This document shows, in pieces, positions 52,054 through 63,475 of a stretch of 64,000 nt of DNA. Source of the stretch: Malacoraja senta (taxonomy: Eukaryota); assembly GCA_038087875.1 (NCBI GenBank), contig CM075996.1, forward strand, positions 2,110,001 through 2,174,000, given 5' to 3'. The position numbers and the translations under genes are program-made. The notes beneath the pieces are model-generated. The model did not search any database. It was not told the origin of the DNA and saw only the letters and a program-made list of their open reading frames with translations. Every line of letters starts with the position of its first letter. The stretch's first letter is position 1.

Positions 52054-54304
52054 ATTAGGAGGGAGAGATAGATCAGCCATGATTGAATAGCAGAGTAGAC
52101 GCAATGGGCCGAATGGCCTGATTCTGCTCCTGTCACTTGAGACCCTATGATGATGATAATGACCAGGTCCAGTGCTATCCAATAAGATCAGATAGGACTG
52201 CACATAAATACAATCAAGTCCAACTCGAGTGTAGTAGGTAGAGCAAAGGGGAAGATACAGAATGTAGAATAGCATTTTAGTTTGGTTTAGAGATACCGCG
52301 TGGAAACAGGCCCTTTGGCTCACCGGGTCCGTGCTGACCAAGGCAGGCGTGCCACCTTGTAGTGTAGGTCGCTGCCCGAGTGTGACCCCCCCCCCCCCCC
52401 ACTTGGACCGGCCACTCATGGGTTCCTTGAGCAGGAACGGCGTGGGTGAAATGGCAGGCGGGGATACAGACTCGGCAAGTCCGGGAAACCTAAACCCATC
52501 TCCCCACGTTCACAAACGATCACATTCCCAACCCACTCAAAACCCATCAATCTCACTAACTTTTTATTAATGTTGTTTACCAACTGTGGCCAAATTTCTT
52601 TAGTTTATTCTGAGACACATCAAAGTAACAGAATACGAATTCTTCCTTTGAATTAGGAACAAAAGCTGCCTTTCACTGCTCTGCCTTTTTGCTTAGTTGC
52701 ATTTAATATTTTGATTGCTGGCCATTCCTTCTCTTTTTCTCTCGTTCCTCTTTTCTTCCCACGTCTCTCTCTCACCCTTTTCCCCTGCCTTTCGTGTTGT
52801 TCAGTACAATGGTCCAATGGCACTCTATTGTCACATAGAGCGATACATCGTGGAAACGGGCCCTTTGGCCCTAACTTGACCACACCGACCAACATGTCCC
52901 AGCTACACTAGTCCCACCTGCCTGCGTATGGTCCATATCCCTCTAAATCTGTCCTATCCATGTACCTGTCTGAATGTTTCTTAAATGTTGCCACAACTAC
53001 CTCCTCTGGCAGCTTGTCCCATACACCCACCACCCTTTGTGTGAAAAAGTTACCCCTCAGATTCCTATTAAATCTTTTCCCCTTCACCTTAAACCTATGA
53101 CCTCTGGTCCTCGAATCCCCTACTCTGGGCAAGAGACTCTGCGCGTCTACCCGATCTATTCCCCTCATAATTTTATAGACCTCAATAAGATCACCCCTTA
53201 TCCTCCTGCGCTCCATGGAATAGAGACCCAGCCTGCTCAACCTCTCCCTATAGATCAGACCCTTGAGTCCTGGCAACATCCTCGTGAACCTTCTCTGTAC
53301 CCTTTCCATCTTGGCATCATCTTCCTCTGTCTGCTGCCTCTCTCATTAGTGATACAGCGTGGAAACTGGTCCTTCGGCCCACCGAGTCTGTGCCGACTTA
53401 TGATCACCCGTACGCTAGTTCTATCCGACACATTGGGGACAATTTACAGAAGCCAATTAACCTACAAACCTGCACGTTGTTGGAGCGTGGGAGAAAGCCG
53501 GAGCACCCGGCGAAAACCCACGCGGGTCACGGGGAGAACGTACAAACCCCGTACAGGCAGCGCCCGTAGTCAGGATCGAACCCGGGTCCCTGGTGCTGTG
53601 GGGCAGCAGCTCTACCCGCTGCACCACAGGGGGATAGGGGACTTGCCCCAGTGTCGAGGCAGGAGGCATGAGCCTCGATCTTGTCCCATGTTTTGGTCGA
53701 CTGAGGCACTAACTCTTCATCTTGCTAAGTGTCTGATAACCACGGGAGGTTTACAAGAATGATCCCAGGAATGAGTGAGTGGGTTAACCTATGATGAGCG
53801 TTTGACGGCACTGGGCCTGTACTCGTTGGAGTTTAGAAGAATGAGGGGGGGGCCTCATTGAAACTTACCGAATGGTGAAAGGCTTGGATCGAGTGGATGT
53901 GGAGAGGATGTTTCCACTAGTGGGCGAGTCCAGGACCAGAGGTCACAGCCTCAGAATTAAAGGACGTTCCTTCAGGAAGGAGACGAGGAGGAATTTCTTT
54001 AGTCAGAGTGTGATGAATCTGTGGCATTCTTTGCCGCAGAAGGCTGTGGAGGCCAAGCCAGTAGATATTTTTTAAGGCAGAGATAGTTAGATTCTTGATT
54101 AGTACGGGTGTCAGAGGTTATGGGGAGAAGGCAGGAGAATGGGGTTAGGAGGGAGAGATATAGATCAGCCATGATTGAATGGCGGAGTGGACTTGATGGT
54201 CCGAATGGCCCAATTCTTCTCCTATCACTTATGGCTTGTTTCCTTGTGTTTCCAGGAGATGTCCAGTCTTTAGTTGCGGAATATAAACCCGTGGGAATGT
54301 TGAG

Positions 54305-54373
54305 ATGAAATTTTCTCATGTACGTCCGACGAGCTCAGCAAAGAAACAGCGCGTGTTACTGAAGGAGCTGATC
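54305..54373 (+). CDS. FLT3LG: FLT3LG-like first coding exon (exon starts at 54256, ATG at 54305)
   Basis: Acceptor ttgtgtttccag, donor gtgagt at 54374. MKFSHVRPTSSAKKQRVLLKELI, phase 0, G at -3 of the ATG; joins in frame to the next exon. Confidence 0.7.
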
Positions 54374-54398
54374 GTGAGTATATATATCTCCTTTCGTT

Positions 54399-55168
54399 AG
54401 ATGTAACTCTTGGGGGGCCAATGGAATATGGGGGGACATGGGGAGATAGCAGCCATCATTGAATGGCGGACTAGACTTGATGGGCTGAATGGCCTAATTC
54501 TGCTCCTATCAATCAATCAATCAGTTTTATTCCTCACTGGCACATAAAGTGCAAGTGAAATGAATTTGCCAGCAGCGGTACAATGAGAAAGAACACACAA
54601 AAACACAATAAAAATTGAACACAAACATCCACCACCGCATTCATCACCATGGTGGAAGGCACAAAATTTGGCCAATCCTCCTCCATTTTCCCCCGTGGTC
54701 ATGTATGACCTTATGACCTCGCCTCTGATACCGTGTGCGTGGAGTCTGCACGTCCTCCCTGTGACCTCGTGGGTTTTCTCTGGGCACTCCGGTTTCCTCC
54801 CACAGACTGGCTGATGGTTAATCACCTTTTTAACGCAAGTTAATGACAAAAGTAAACGGAGGGGGGGGTGGGGGGTTTAAGGTCCACGTGAAAATCAGTG
54901 CCGGGGGGTTATGGGGAGAAGTGGGAGCAGCAGCAATAGAGAATAGACAATAGGTGCAGGAGGAGGCCATTCGGCCCTTCGAGCCAGCACCGCCATTCAA
55001 TGTGATCATGGCTGATCATCCATGCCCCTGCTCCCCGAATGGTTCATTGACGCACAGTGCAAGGCTTGGTGTTGCATGCAACCCGGTAACGTCGCACAGA
55101 ATCTTGGGCGGCACGGGTGGCGCAGCTATAGAGTTGCTGCCTCACAGCGCCGGTGACCCGGGTTCCAT
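54399..55168 (+). repeat. 770-bp direct repeat, copy 1
   Basis: Matches 57514-58283 at a constant offset of 3115; the only difference I found is A55128 versus G58243. Confidence 0.93.
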
Positions 55169-57513
55169 ACAAAAATTTCAACTGGGAGAGAATTTTATTT
55201 TATGGATTAAGTTACTATATAACAAACCTACAGCTAGAATACTTACTAATAACATATTATCCTCGAAATTTCAACTATCAAGGGGAAATAGACAAGGATG
55301 CTCATTATCACCACAGCTGTTTGCTCTCATTATTGAACCGCTAGCAGAAAAAATTAGAATACACCCTGATATTCATGGATATAATACTAAAGACTCATAT
55401 AATAAAATATCTTTATACGCGGATGATATATTATTGTATATTACAAAACCTCAAATCACTATACCAAATATATTAAATTTAATTGAAGACTTCGGATCTT
55501 TTTCTGGATATAGAATAAATTGGAATAAAAGTGAAATTATGTCAATAAAACCGAAAGATTCAACACATCTTTTAAAATTCCCTTTTAAAATAGCTACAGA
55601 AAAATTTAAATATTTGGGAATCGAAATTACCAGAGCATATCAAGGTATGCTCAGGGCAAATTTTGACCCCCTACTTAATAAACTGAATACATTAATTAAA
55701 TTCTGGAAAACGCTTCCGATGTCTTTAATAGGCCGAATAAACGCAATAAAAATGATCTTTTTACCACAAATTTTATACCTATTTCAATCAATTCCTATAT
55801 ACTTACCTAAGAAGTTTTTTAAAAAACTCGACTCAGATATCACTAATTTTATATGGGACTATAAATCACATAGAATACAAAAAACTCATCTGAATAAATC
55901 TAAAGTATTGGGGGGTCTAGCACTACCCAATTTTATGTATTATTATTGGTCAGTAAATATTAAAAACATGATTCAACTGATGGATAACTCCGCCCAGCAA
56001 GTAGACTGGATTGTAATGGAGAAAGAGGATTGCTCCTCTAGAAACATTGGAGCGATCCTCCTCTCTCCAATGAAATTGAATAACATAAACTATAATAAGA
56101 ACCCAATTATTCATAGTACAATCCGTATTTGGAAACAAATAAAACAAAATTTAAAATTAAGAAACTTATCACTTTTATTACCTATAGTCAATAACCCTTC
56201 GTTTAGTCCTTCTATTATAGATAAAGCTTATACACAATGGGATAGACTAGGAATTAAAACGCTTGGTGACTTGTATGAAACTGGAAAATTACTTTCATTT
56301 CAACAATTACAAATAAAATATAAACTCGGAAATAATCAATATTTTAAATACTTTCAAATATGCGACTATTTGAAAAAATATATAAAAGATCATCATAATA
56401 ACCCAGCAGATGTACTGGACGAGGCAATGCAGACAAAAGCGGAATCAGCAAACTTAATATCATATTTGTACAATATTATCTTAAATGTACAAATACCATC
56501 TACGGAGGGTATCAGAAGAGACTGGGAACAAGAGTTAGCCATTAAAATTTCAAAGGAAAGTTGGAATGAATACTTATTAAAAGTACATAAATGCTCGATT
56601 AATGTAAGACACACTTTAATACAATTTAAAATTTTACATAGATTATATTATTCGAAAACTAAAATTCATAAAATTTTCCCAAACGTATCATCTATTTGTG
56701 ATAAATGTCAATCCCAAGAAGCAACTATAGCGCACTCATTTGTCTTCTGTACAAAAATTCAAAAATTTTGGAATGAAATTTTTGAAATCTTTACAAAGTT
56801 ATTTAAAACAAGACTGATACCCAAAGCAGAATGGATTATCTTCGGAATAACGGAAGATGATCCAGAACTAAATGTGTTTCAAAAGAAATTAATGGATTAT
56901 GGGTTAATAACTGGAAAAAAGCTAATTCTAAAATTTTGGAAGAAGGCTCCAATACCAACTATAAATATGTGGATTTCAAATATGTTTGAAACACTACACC
57001 TTGAAGAGATAAGACTCCTCCTAGCAGGTAAACCAGATCACTTCCACCTGACGTGGTCTGCATTTATAGAATTATTACAAACATAGGGTGCAAAAGTACT
57101 TTAAAAAAATAAAAAATTGAGGTCGGGTAAGGGGGGATGATAGTTGAAGAGTTGGTATGTCCTATTTACGTGATGCTCAAAAAAAAACATTTGTTTTTCT
57201 TTTTTTCTCTTTCTCTTTTCTTTTCTTGGGGCCTATTTCTTAACTCTTTTTCTTTCTGTTTTTAATTTCGCTCTCATAGGGTCTTCGTCCTTTTTTGTTG
57301 TTACATTTTCTACACTTTTCTACACTTGCACTTTTTCCTTCACTTTCTTCTCTCTTTCAATCTTTTCTTTCTTTAGTGTAAAAAAATAAATAAAGGGAGT
57401 ACATTAATTGTAAGAAGATATAAATGACGAGTATTAATGTATGTGGCTGTGATGTAATGTACTTCTAATAAATAAAAATAAAAAAAAATAAAAAATAAAA
57501 AATAAAAAAAAAA
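55169..57513 (+). mobile_element. Young 5'-truncated L1: uninterrupted ORF2 (RT to zinc knuckle), 3' UTR, poly(A)
   Basis: RGNRQGCSLSP, SLYADDILLY, FKYLG, GGLALP, CDKC..HSFVFC; TAG at 57084-57086; AATAAA at 57467 followed by an A-rich tail. Confidence 0.95.
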
Positions 57514-58283
57514 AGATGTAACTCTTGGGGGGCCAATGGAATATGGGGGGACATGGGGAGATAGCAGCCATCATTGAATGGCGGACTAGACTTGATGGGC
57601 TGAATGGCCTAATTCTGCTCCTATCAATCAATCAATCAGTTTTATTCCTCACTGGCACATAAAGTGCAAGTGAAATGAATTTGCCAGCAGCGGTACAATG
57701 AGAAAGAACACACAAAAACACAATAAAAATTGAACACAAACATCCACCACCGCATTCATCACCATGGTGGAAGGCACAAAATTTGGCCAATCCTCCTCCA
57801 TTTTCCCCCGTGGTCATGTATGACCTTATGACCTCGCCTCTGATACCGTGTGCGTGGAGTCTGCACGTCCTCCCTGTGACCTCGTGGGTTTTCTCTGGGC
57901 ACTCCGGTTTCCTCCCACAGACTGGCTGATGGTTAATCACCTTTTTAACGCAAGTTAATGACAAAAGTAAACGGAGGGGGGGGTGGGGGGTTTAAGGTCC
58001 ACGTGAAAATCAGTGCCGGGGGGTTATGGGGAGAAGTGGGAGCAGCAGCAATAGAGAATAGACAATAGGTGCAGGAGGAGGCCATTCGGCCCTTCGAGCC
58101 AGCACCGCCATTCAATGTGATCATGGCTGATCATCCATGCCCCTGCTCCCCGAATGGTTCATTGACGCACAGTGCAAGGCTTGGTGTTGCATGCAACCCG
58201 GTAACGTCGCACAGAATCTTGGGCGGCACGGGTGGCGCAGCTGTAGAGTTGCTGCCTCACAGCGCCGGTGACCCGGGTTCCAT
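57514..58283 (+). repeat. 770-bp direct repeat, copy 2
   Basis: Starts right after the L1 poly(A) and continues into the rest of the V-SINE that is cut off in copy 1. Confidence 0.93.
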
Positions 58284-58438
58284 CCCGGCCACGGGTGCTG
58301 TCTGTCTGTACGGAGTTTGTACCTTCTCCCAGTGACCCGCGTGGGGTTTTCTCCGGGGTTTCTCCGGTTTCCTCCCGCACTCCAAAGACGTGCAGGTTTT
58401 CTGTAGGTTAATTGGCGTGGTGTGTATGTGTAAATTGT

Positions 58439-58480
<42 letters not shown>

Positions 58481-59022
58481 GGATAGTGTTAGTGTGCGGG
58501 GATCGCTGGTCGGTGTGGACCCGGTGGGCCGAAGGGCCTGTTTCCGCGCTGTATCTCTGAAAACTAAAACCCTCACCTAGGCAGTACATAAATGTCACCA
58601 CGTTTCTGGTGACTTCAAATTCACAACTATTTCAGCAAACAGTCCCGTCTTTTGTCTGAAGAAGGGTTTCGGCCCGAAACGTTGCCTATTTCCTTCGCTC
58701 CATAGATGCTGCTGCACCCGCTGAGTTTCTCCAGCATTTTTGTCTACCATCTTTTGCCTGCCCCCACCCCTCCTCCTCCCTGTCCCCTTTGTTCTTGACA
58801 GCCCTCTGCCGGGTCCCTCTTCATTTTTCTACCTCTGTGTCCCTCCTCGCTCTCGACAGTCCACCTCGGGGATGGAGGGGGGGGGGGGGGGCTAGCATGG
58901 ACCCGATGGGCTGAACGGCCCCGATTTAGGTGTAAGTTGAACCTCTCCGCCCGTTCCTTACTGTTGCTTCTGAAGAGTGAGCAGAAGTTTCTTTCCAATA
59001 AGTTTATTTTCTTTTGCCCCAG

Positions 59023-59127
59023 GCGACATTCCTTGTTTTTGTATTGTTGGCGGACAGCAGTGGAGCGTGTAACTTGGTTTGGGGTAACCCCCTGACGAAC
59101 TCCTATAACGAATCCATCGAGCAGCTG
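59023..59127 (+). CDS. FLT3LG: FLT3LG-like exon: signal-peptide core, first Cys, helix A
   Basis: Acceptor ttttcttttgccccag, donor gtgagt. ATFLVFVLLADSSGACNLVWGNPLTNSYNESIEQL, compared with human [37 protein letters not shown] (recalled). Confidence 0.85.
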
Positions 59128-61399
59128 GTGAGTTGGTGACGGCTTATGGGGGGGGGGGGGGGCGTTGGAGGTTGGGGGAAGCTGCTCGGGAAATGGCCAG
59201 ACAATAGACAATAGGTGCAGGAGTAGGCCATTTGGCCCTTCGAGCCAGTTAATTAGATTAAGATTAGTTAATGATTTCCCCTTTGTGTGCTTCCACTACG
59301 GGTGCTGTCTGTACGGAGTTTGTACGTTCTTCCCGTGACCTGCGTGGGTTTTCTCCAGGAGCACTGGTTTCCTCCCACACTCTAAAGACGTACAGGTTTG
59401 TAGGCTAATTGGCTTCGGTAAAATTATAAACTGTCCCTAGTGTGTGTTGGACAGTGTTAGTGTGCGGGGATCGCTGGTCGGCGTGGACTCAGTGGGCAGA
59501 AAGGCCTGTTTCCGCGCTGTATCTCTGAAGTCTAAAGTAAAATATTTGAAGTTAAATTGAAGAATTCAAAATCAACCTCAGTTTTCATTTGTTTGGTAGA
59601 CAAAAATGCTGGAGAAACTCAGCGGGTGAGGCAGCATCTATGGAGCGAAGGAAATAGACAACAGGTGCAGGAGTAGGCCATTCGGCCCTGCGAGCCAGCA
59701 CCGCCATTCAATGTGATCATGGCTGATCATCCCCAATCAGTACCCCGTTCCTGCCTTCTTCCCATATCCCCTGACTCCGCTATTTTTAAGAGCCCTATCT
59801 AGCTCTCTCTTGAAAGCATCCAGAGAACCTGCCTCCACCGCCCTCTGAGGCAGAGAATTCCACAGACTCACTGCTCTCTGTGAGAAAAAGTGTTTCCTCG
59901 TCTCCGTTCTAAATGGCTTACCCCTTATTCTTAAACTGTGTGTGGCCCCTGATTCTGGACTCCCCCAACATCGGGAACATGTTTCCTGCCTCTAGCGTGT
60001 CCAAGCCCTTAACAATCTTAGACAGCGATAGAAGCCTCTTCCAGTCTACACTGACTCACTTTCAGCTTTCCTTGGCCAACCAGCACCTGCAGTTCCTTGT
60101 ATCTGACTGAGGAGGTAGTTGGGGCTGGTACTGTAATTGGGCAGCACGCAGGTGGAGTTGCTGCCTCACAGCGCCAGAGACCCGGGTTCGATCCTGACCA
60201 CGGGCGCTTCCTGTACGGAGTTTGCACGTTCTCCCCGTGACCTGCGCGGGTTTTCTCCGGGTGCTCCGGTTTCCCCCCACACTCCAAAGACGTGCGGGTT
60301 TGAAGTTTAATTGGCTTCTCGGGTTGTACGTTGGCCCGGTCGGTGGCCGCGTGCATTTTTCTCCGGGAAAAGACTCTGACAATGTTCTATACTTCTCTCA
60401 GCTCATGAGGGGATAATATCACGAGGGGGAATAGAGAGGGTAAATGAACAGAGTCTTTGTCCCAGGGTACGGCAATCAAGAACCAGGGGACATGGGATTA
60501 AGGTTGGAGGGGGAAAGATTTGATAGGCACCAGAGGGGTAACATTTTTCCCACAGAGGGTGGTGGGTGTATGGAACGAGCTGCCAGAGGAGGTAGTTGAG
60601 GCAGGGACTATCCCAACGTTCAAGAAAGGTACATGGATAGGATGGGTTTTGGAGGGATATGGACCAAACGCGGGCAGGTGGGACTAGTGCAGCTGGGGCA
60701 TGTTGGTCGGTGTGGGCAAGTTTGGGCCGAAGGGCCTGTTTCCACGCTGTATCACTCTATGATTCGCAGAATCACAGCCGACAAGGTCTGTTTCCGTGCT
60801 CTGTCACTTTATGACTCTATTCATAGGAGATGAAAGGTTTCTGAGTCACCGGTTTGTAGAGTAATCTCTGCTTTTGTATCAGTTGGTTAAAGGTGAGAAG
60901 TGAAAGGAATGGAAGGGAGAGTTTGACCACAGCTGTGATGTGTGTGTGTGTGTCTGTGTGTTTTTGAAGAGTCAAGAGTGTTTCATTGTCCTGTGTCCCA
61001 GATAGAACAATGAAATTCTTACTTGCAGCAGCTCAACACAATGTGTAAACATAGTACACTGTAATATACACATGGTGAATCTGTGGAACTCATTGCCACA
61101 GACGGCTGTGGAGGCCACAAGTCAGTGGATATTTTTAAGGCAGAGATAGATAGATTCTCGATTAGTACGGGTGTCAGGGGTTATGGGGAGAAGGCAGGAG
61201 AATGGGGTTGGGAGGGAGAGATAGATCAGCCATGAAAGAATGGCGGAGTAGACTTGATGGGCTGAATGGCCTAATTCTGCTCCTATCACTTTAGTTTAGA
61301 GATGCTTATGACCTAATACCCACATATATTATATATATTTTTTAATGTTGATCACTAATATTTTGTGTGTTTTTATATATATATATATAATATATATAC

Positions 61400-61451
61400 A
61401 TATATATATATAATATACACACACACACACACACACACAAATATAAATATA

Positions 61452-61489
<38 letters not shown>

Positions 61490-61569
61490 TATATTTATAT
61501 TTGTGTGTGTGTGTGTGTGTGTATATTATATATATATATAAAAAGTTTTTTCTCACCTCAATCTTAAAT

Positions 61570-61615
<46 letters not shown>

Positions 61616-61640
61616 ATTTAAGATTGAGGTGAGAAAAAAC
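61400..61640. repeat. Two adjacent (AT)n-centred palindromes
   Basis: (AC)11...(AT)n...(GT)10 at ~61400-61539, and a perfect 96-bp palindrome at 61545-61640. Confidence 0.85.
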
Positions 61641-61985
61641 GTTTTCACCCGGAGAGTTGTGAATTTATGGAATTCCCTGCCACAGAGGGCAGTGGAGGCC
61701 AAGTCACTGGATGGATTTAAGAGAGAGTTAGATAGAGCTCTAGGGGCTAGTGGAGTCAAGGGATATGGGGAGAAGGCAGGCATGGGTTATTGATAGGGAA
61801 CGATCAGCCATGATCACAATGAATGGCGGTGCTGGCTCGAAGGGCCGAATGGCCTCCTCCTGCACCTATTTTCCATGTAATATCTATGTATGTAATCTAT
61901 TTTTACACACACAAAGTATCAGCAATCAACATTAAGAAACCAATGGTGCTCAATTTAAATCATTATTTTTTCTCTTTACCTGCAG

Positions 61986-62045
61986 AGAAACATTCTTCCC
62001 ACTGACTACAATCTCACGGTGTACCTACAGAATTCCACTGGAATG
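61986..62045 (+). CDS. FLT3LG: FLT3LG-like small exon
   Basis: Acceptor ttctctttacctgcag, donor gtaaat. RNILPTDYNLTVYLQNSTGM, compared with human SDYLLQDYPVTVASNLQD (L..DY..TV); 60 nt, phase 0/0. Confidence 0.85.
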
Positions 62046-62946
62046 GTAAATCACAATTCCCTGTTACACAGTTAATGGTTCTGGTTCATTATCCCGTGGT
62101 AAACTTTGTCTGCGTGTGATGCAGTCTCACCGTCCCGTACAGGAATGCGATCGAGCTGCACACAAGTGCCACATGTGGGTGTAAAGAGGAAAAACACCAG
62201 CAATTATTCGAAGGGTTTCGGCCCGAAACGTTACCTATTTCCTTCGCTCCATAGATGCTGCTGCACCCGCTGAGTTTCTCCAGCATTTTTGTGTACATTC
62301 CACCCAAAATGTTGGGGCGGCGGAGAATTTGCTGCCTCAAGCCCCTGTCCCACTTTCACCACCTAATTGGCGACCTCTGCCGAGTTCGCCCTTGACCCAT
62401 ACTCGCAGCATGGACGCCACGAGGTCCTAGGAGGTCTTCGTAACTCTTCCTCGTGCTCGTGAGTGGTCTCCGCGTACTCGTGGCCTCAAGTGGGTCGTGG
62501 CGTTTTTTCCAGCCTGATACTAAAAATGTCCACGAGTAAAAAAAAAAAAAAAAGGTCAGCATGGAAAAAATTGATACTTTTTACTCGTAGGTAGGTCGCA
62601 GATAGTCGTGGGTCGGTAACTGGCCCGAGAAAAAAAAATGACTCGTAGCTAGTCGTAGTTGGTCTTAGTGTTAAAGAAGGAACTGCAGATGCTGGAAAAT
62701 CGAAGGTACACAAGAATGCTGGAAAAACTCAGCGGGTGCAGCAGCATCTATGGAGCGAAGGAAATGGGCAACGTTTCCTTCGCTCCATGCAGAGTTGAAC
62801 AATCTCCACTATAGGAAATAGGCAACGTTTTGGGCCAAAACCCTTCCGGGTTTCGTCCCGAAACGTTGCCTATTTCCTTCGCTCCTGCACCCGCTGAGTT
62901 ACTCCAGCATTTTTGTGTCCCCAGTAGCTTCGGTGTGGAAAGCCAG

Positions 62947-63079
62947 GCATCTGCACAATAATCTATCAATCCCTGGCTTTACAAATACACAATGATCTGG
63001 CCTCACTCACTCTATGGGCTGTGAGGCCAGATCATTGTGTATTTGTAAAGCAGGGATTGATAGATTATTGTGCAGATGC
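62947..63079. repeat. Long inverted repeat (59-bp stem, 14-nt loop)
   Basis: 62947-63006 pairs with 63021-63079, with one bulged G. Confidence 0.88.
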
Positions 63080-63331
63080 TGGTTTACACCGAAGGTGGAC
63101 ACAAAAATGCTGGAGTAACTCAGCGGGACAGGCAGCGTTTCTGGAGAGAAGGAATGGGTCGAGAGTAATATTTGAAATTCGAGAAATTGAATTGATATTC
63201 ATACCGCCGGGCTGGTAGGTGCCCAAACGAAATATGAAGTACTGTTCCTCCGATTTGTGTTTGGCCTCGCTCTGACAATGGAGGAACTCACCCCCCCCCC
63301 CCCCCTCCTCTCTTGTGTTGTGTTTCCACAG

Positions 63332-63475
63332 GACAGTTGCTGTCTGGATCTACAAGCCTTGTTATCGCTGAACCGATCGTTGGGACACCTCCACCGGAAC
63401 TCCGTGGTTCCGCTCCAATCTCTCGTCACCATCGTCATTAAGGAGATACAGCTCTTCGATGATTGCCCAGTCAAG
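63332..63475 (+). CDS. FLT3LG: FLT3LG-like 48-codon exon (helices B and C); gene continues beyond the window
   Basis: Acceptor tgtttccacag, donor gtgagt. DSCCLDLQALLSLNRSLGHLHRNSVVPLQSLVTIVIKEIQLFDDCPVK aligns without gaps to human [48 protein letters not shown], with C4, EI38-39 and C45 in register. Confidence 0.87.

Noticed and set aside
52720..52804. Long pyrimidine tract ending in CAG, a possible extra 5' UTR exon
   Set aside because: No convincing donor follows before CR1 sequence begins.
54954..57086. 710-aa ORF as a host or fusion gene
   Set aside because: The first ~72 codons are CR1/SINE flank that happens to be in frame; the rest is 5'-truncated L1 ORF2 lacking the endonuclease.
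62947..63079. Conserved microRNA precursor
   Set aside because: The stem is longer and more perfect than typical pre-miRNAs, is repeat-derived, and I recognise no mature miRNA in it.
59023..63475. Calling the cytokine KITLG or CSF1
   Set aside because: The 48-codon exon with Cys at positions 4 and 45 and the ALDH16A1 neighbour fit FLT3LG better; the equivalent KITLG exon is longer as recalled. Not formally excluded without a phylogeny.
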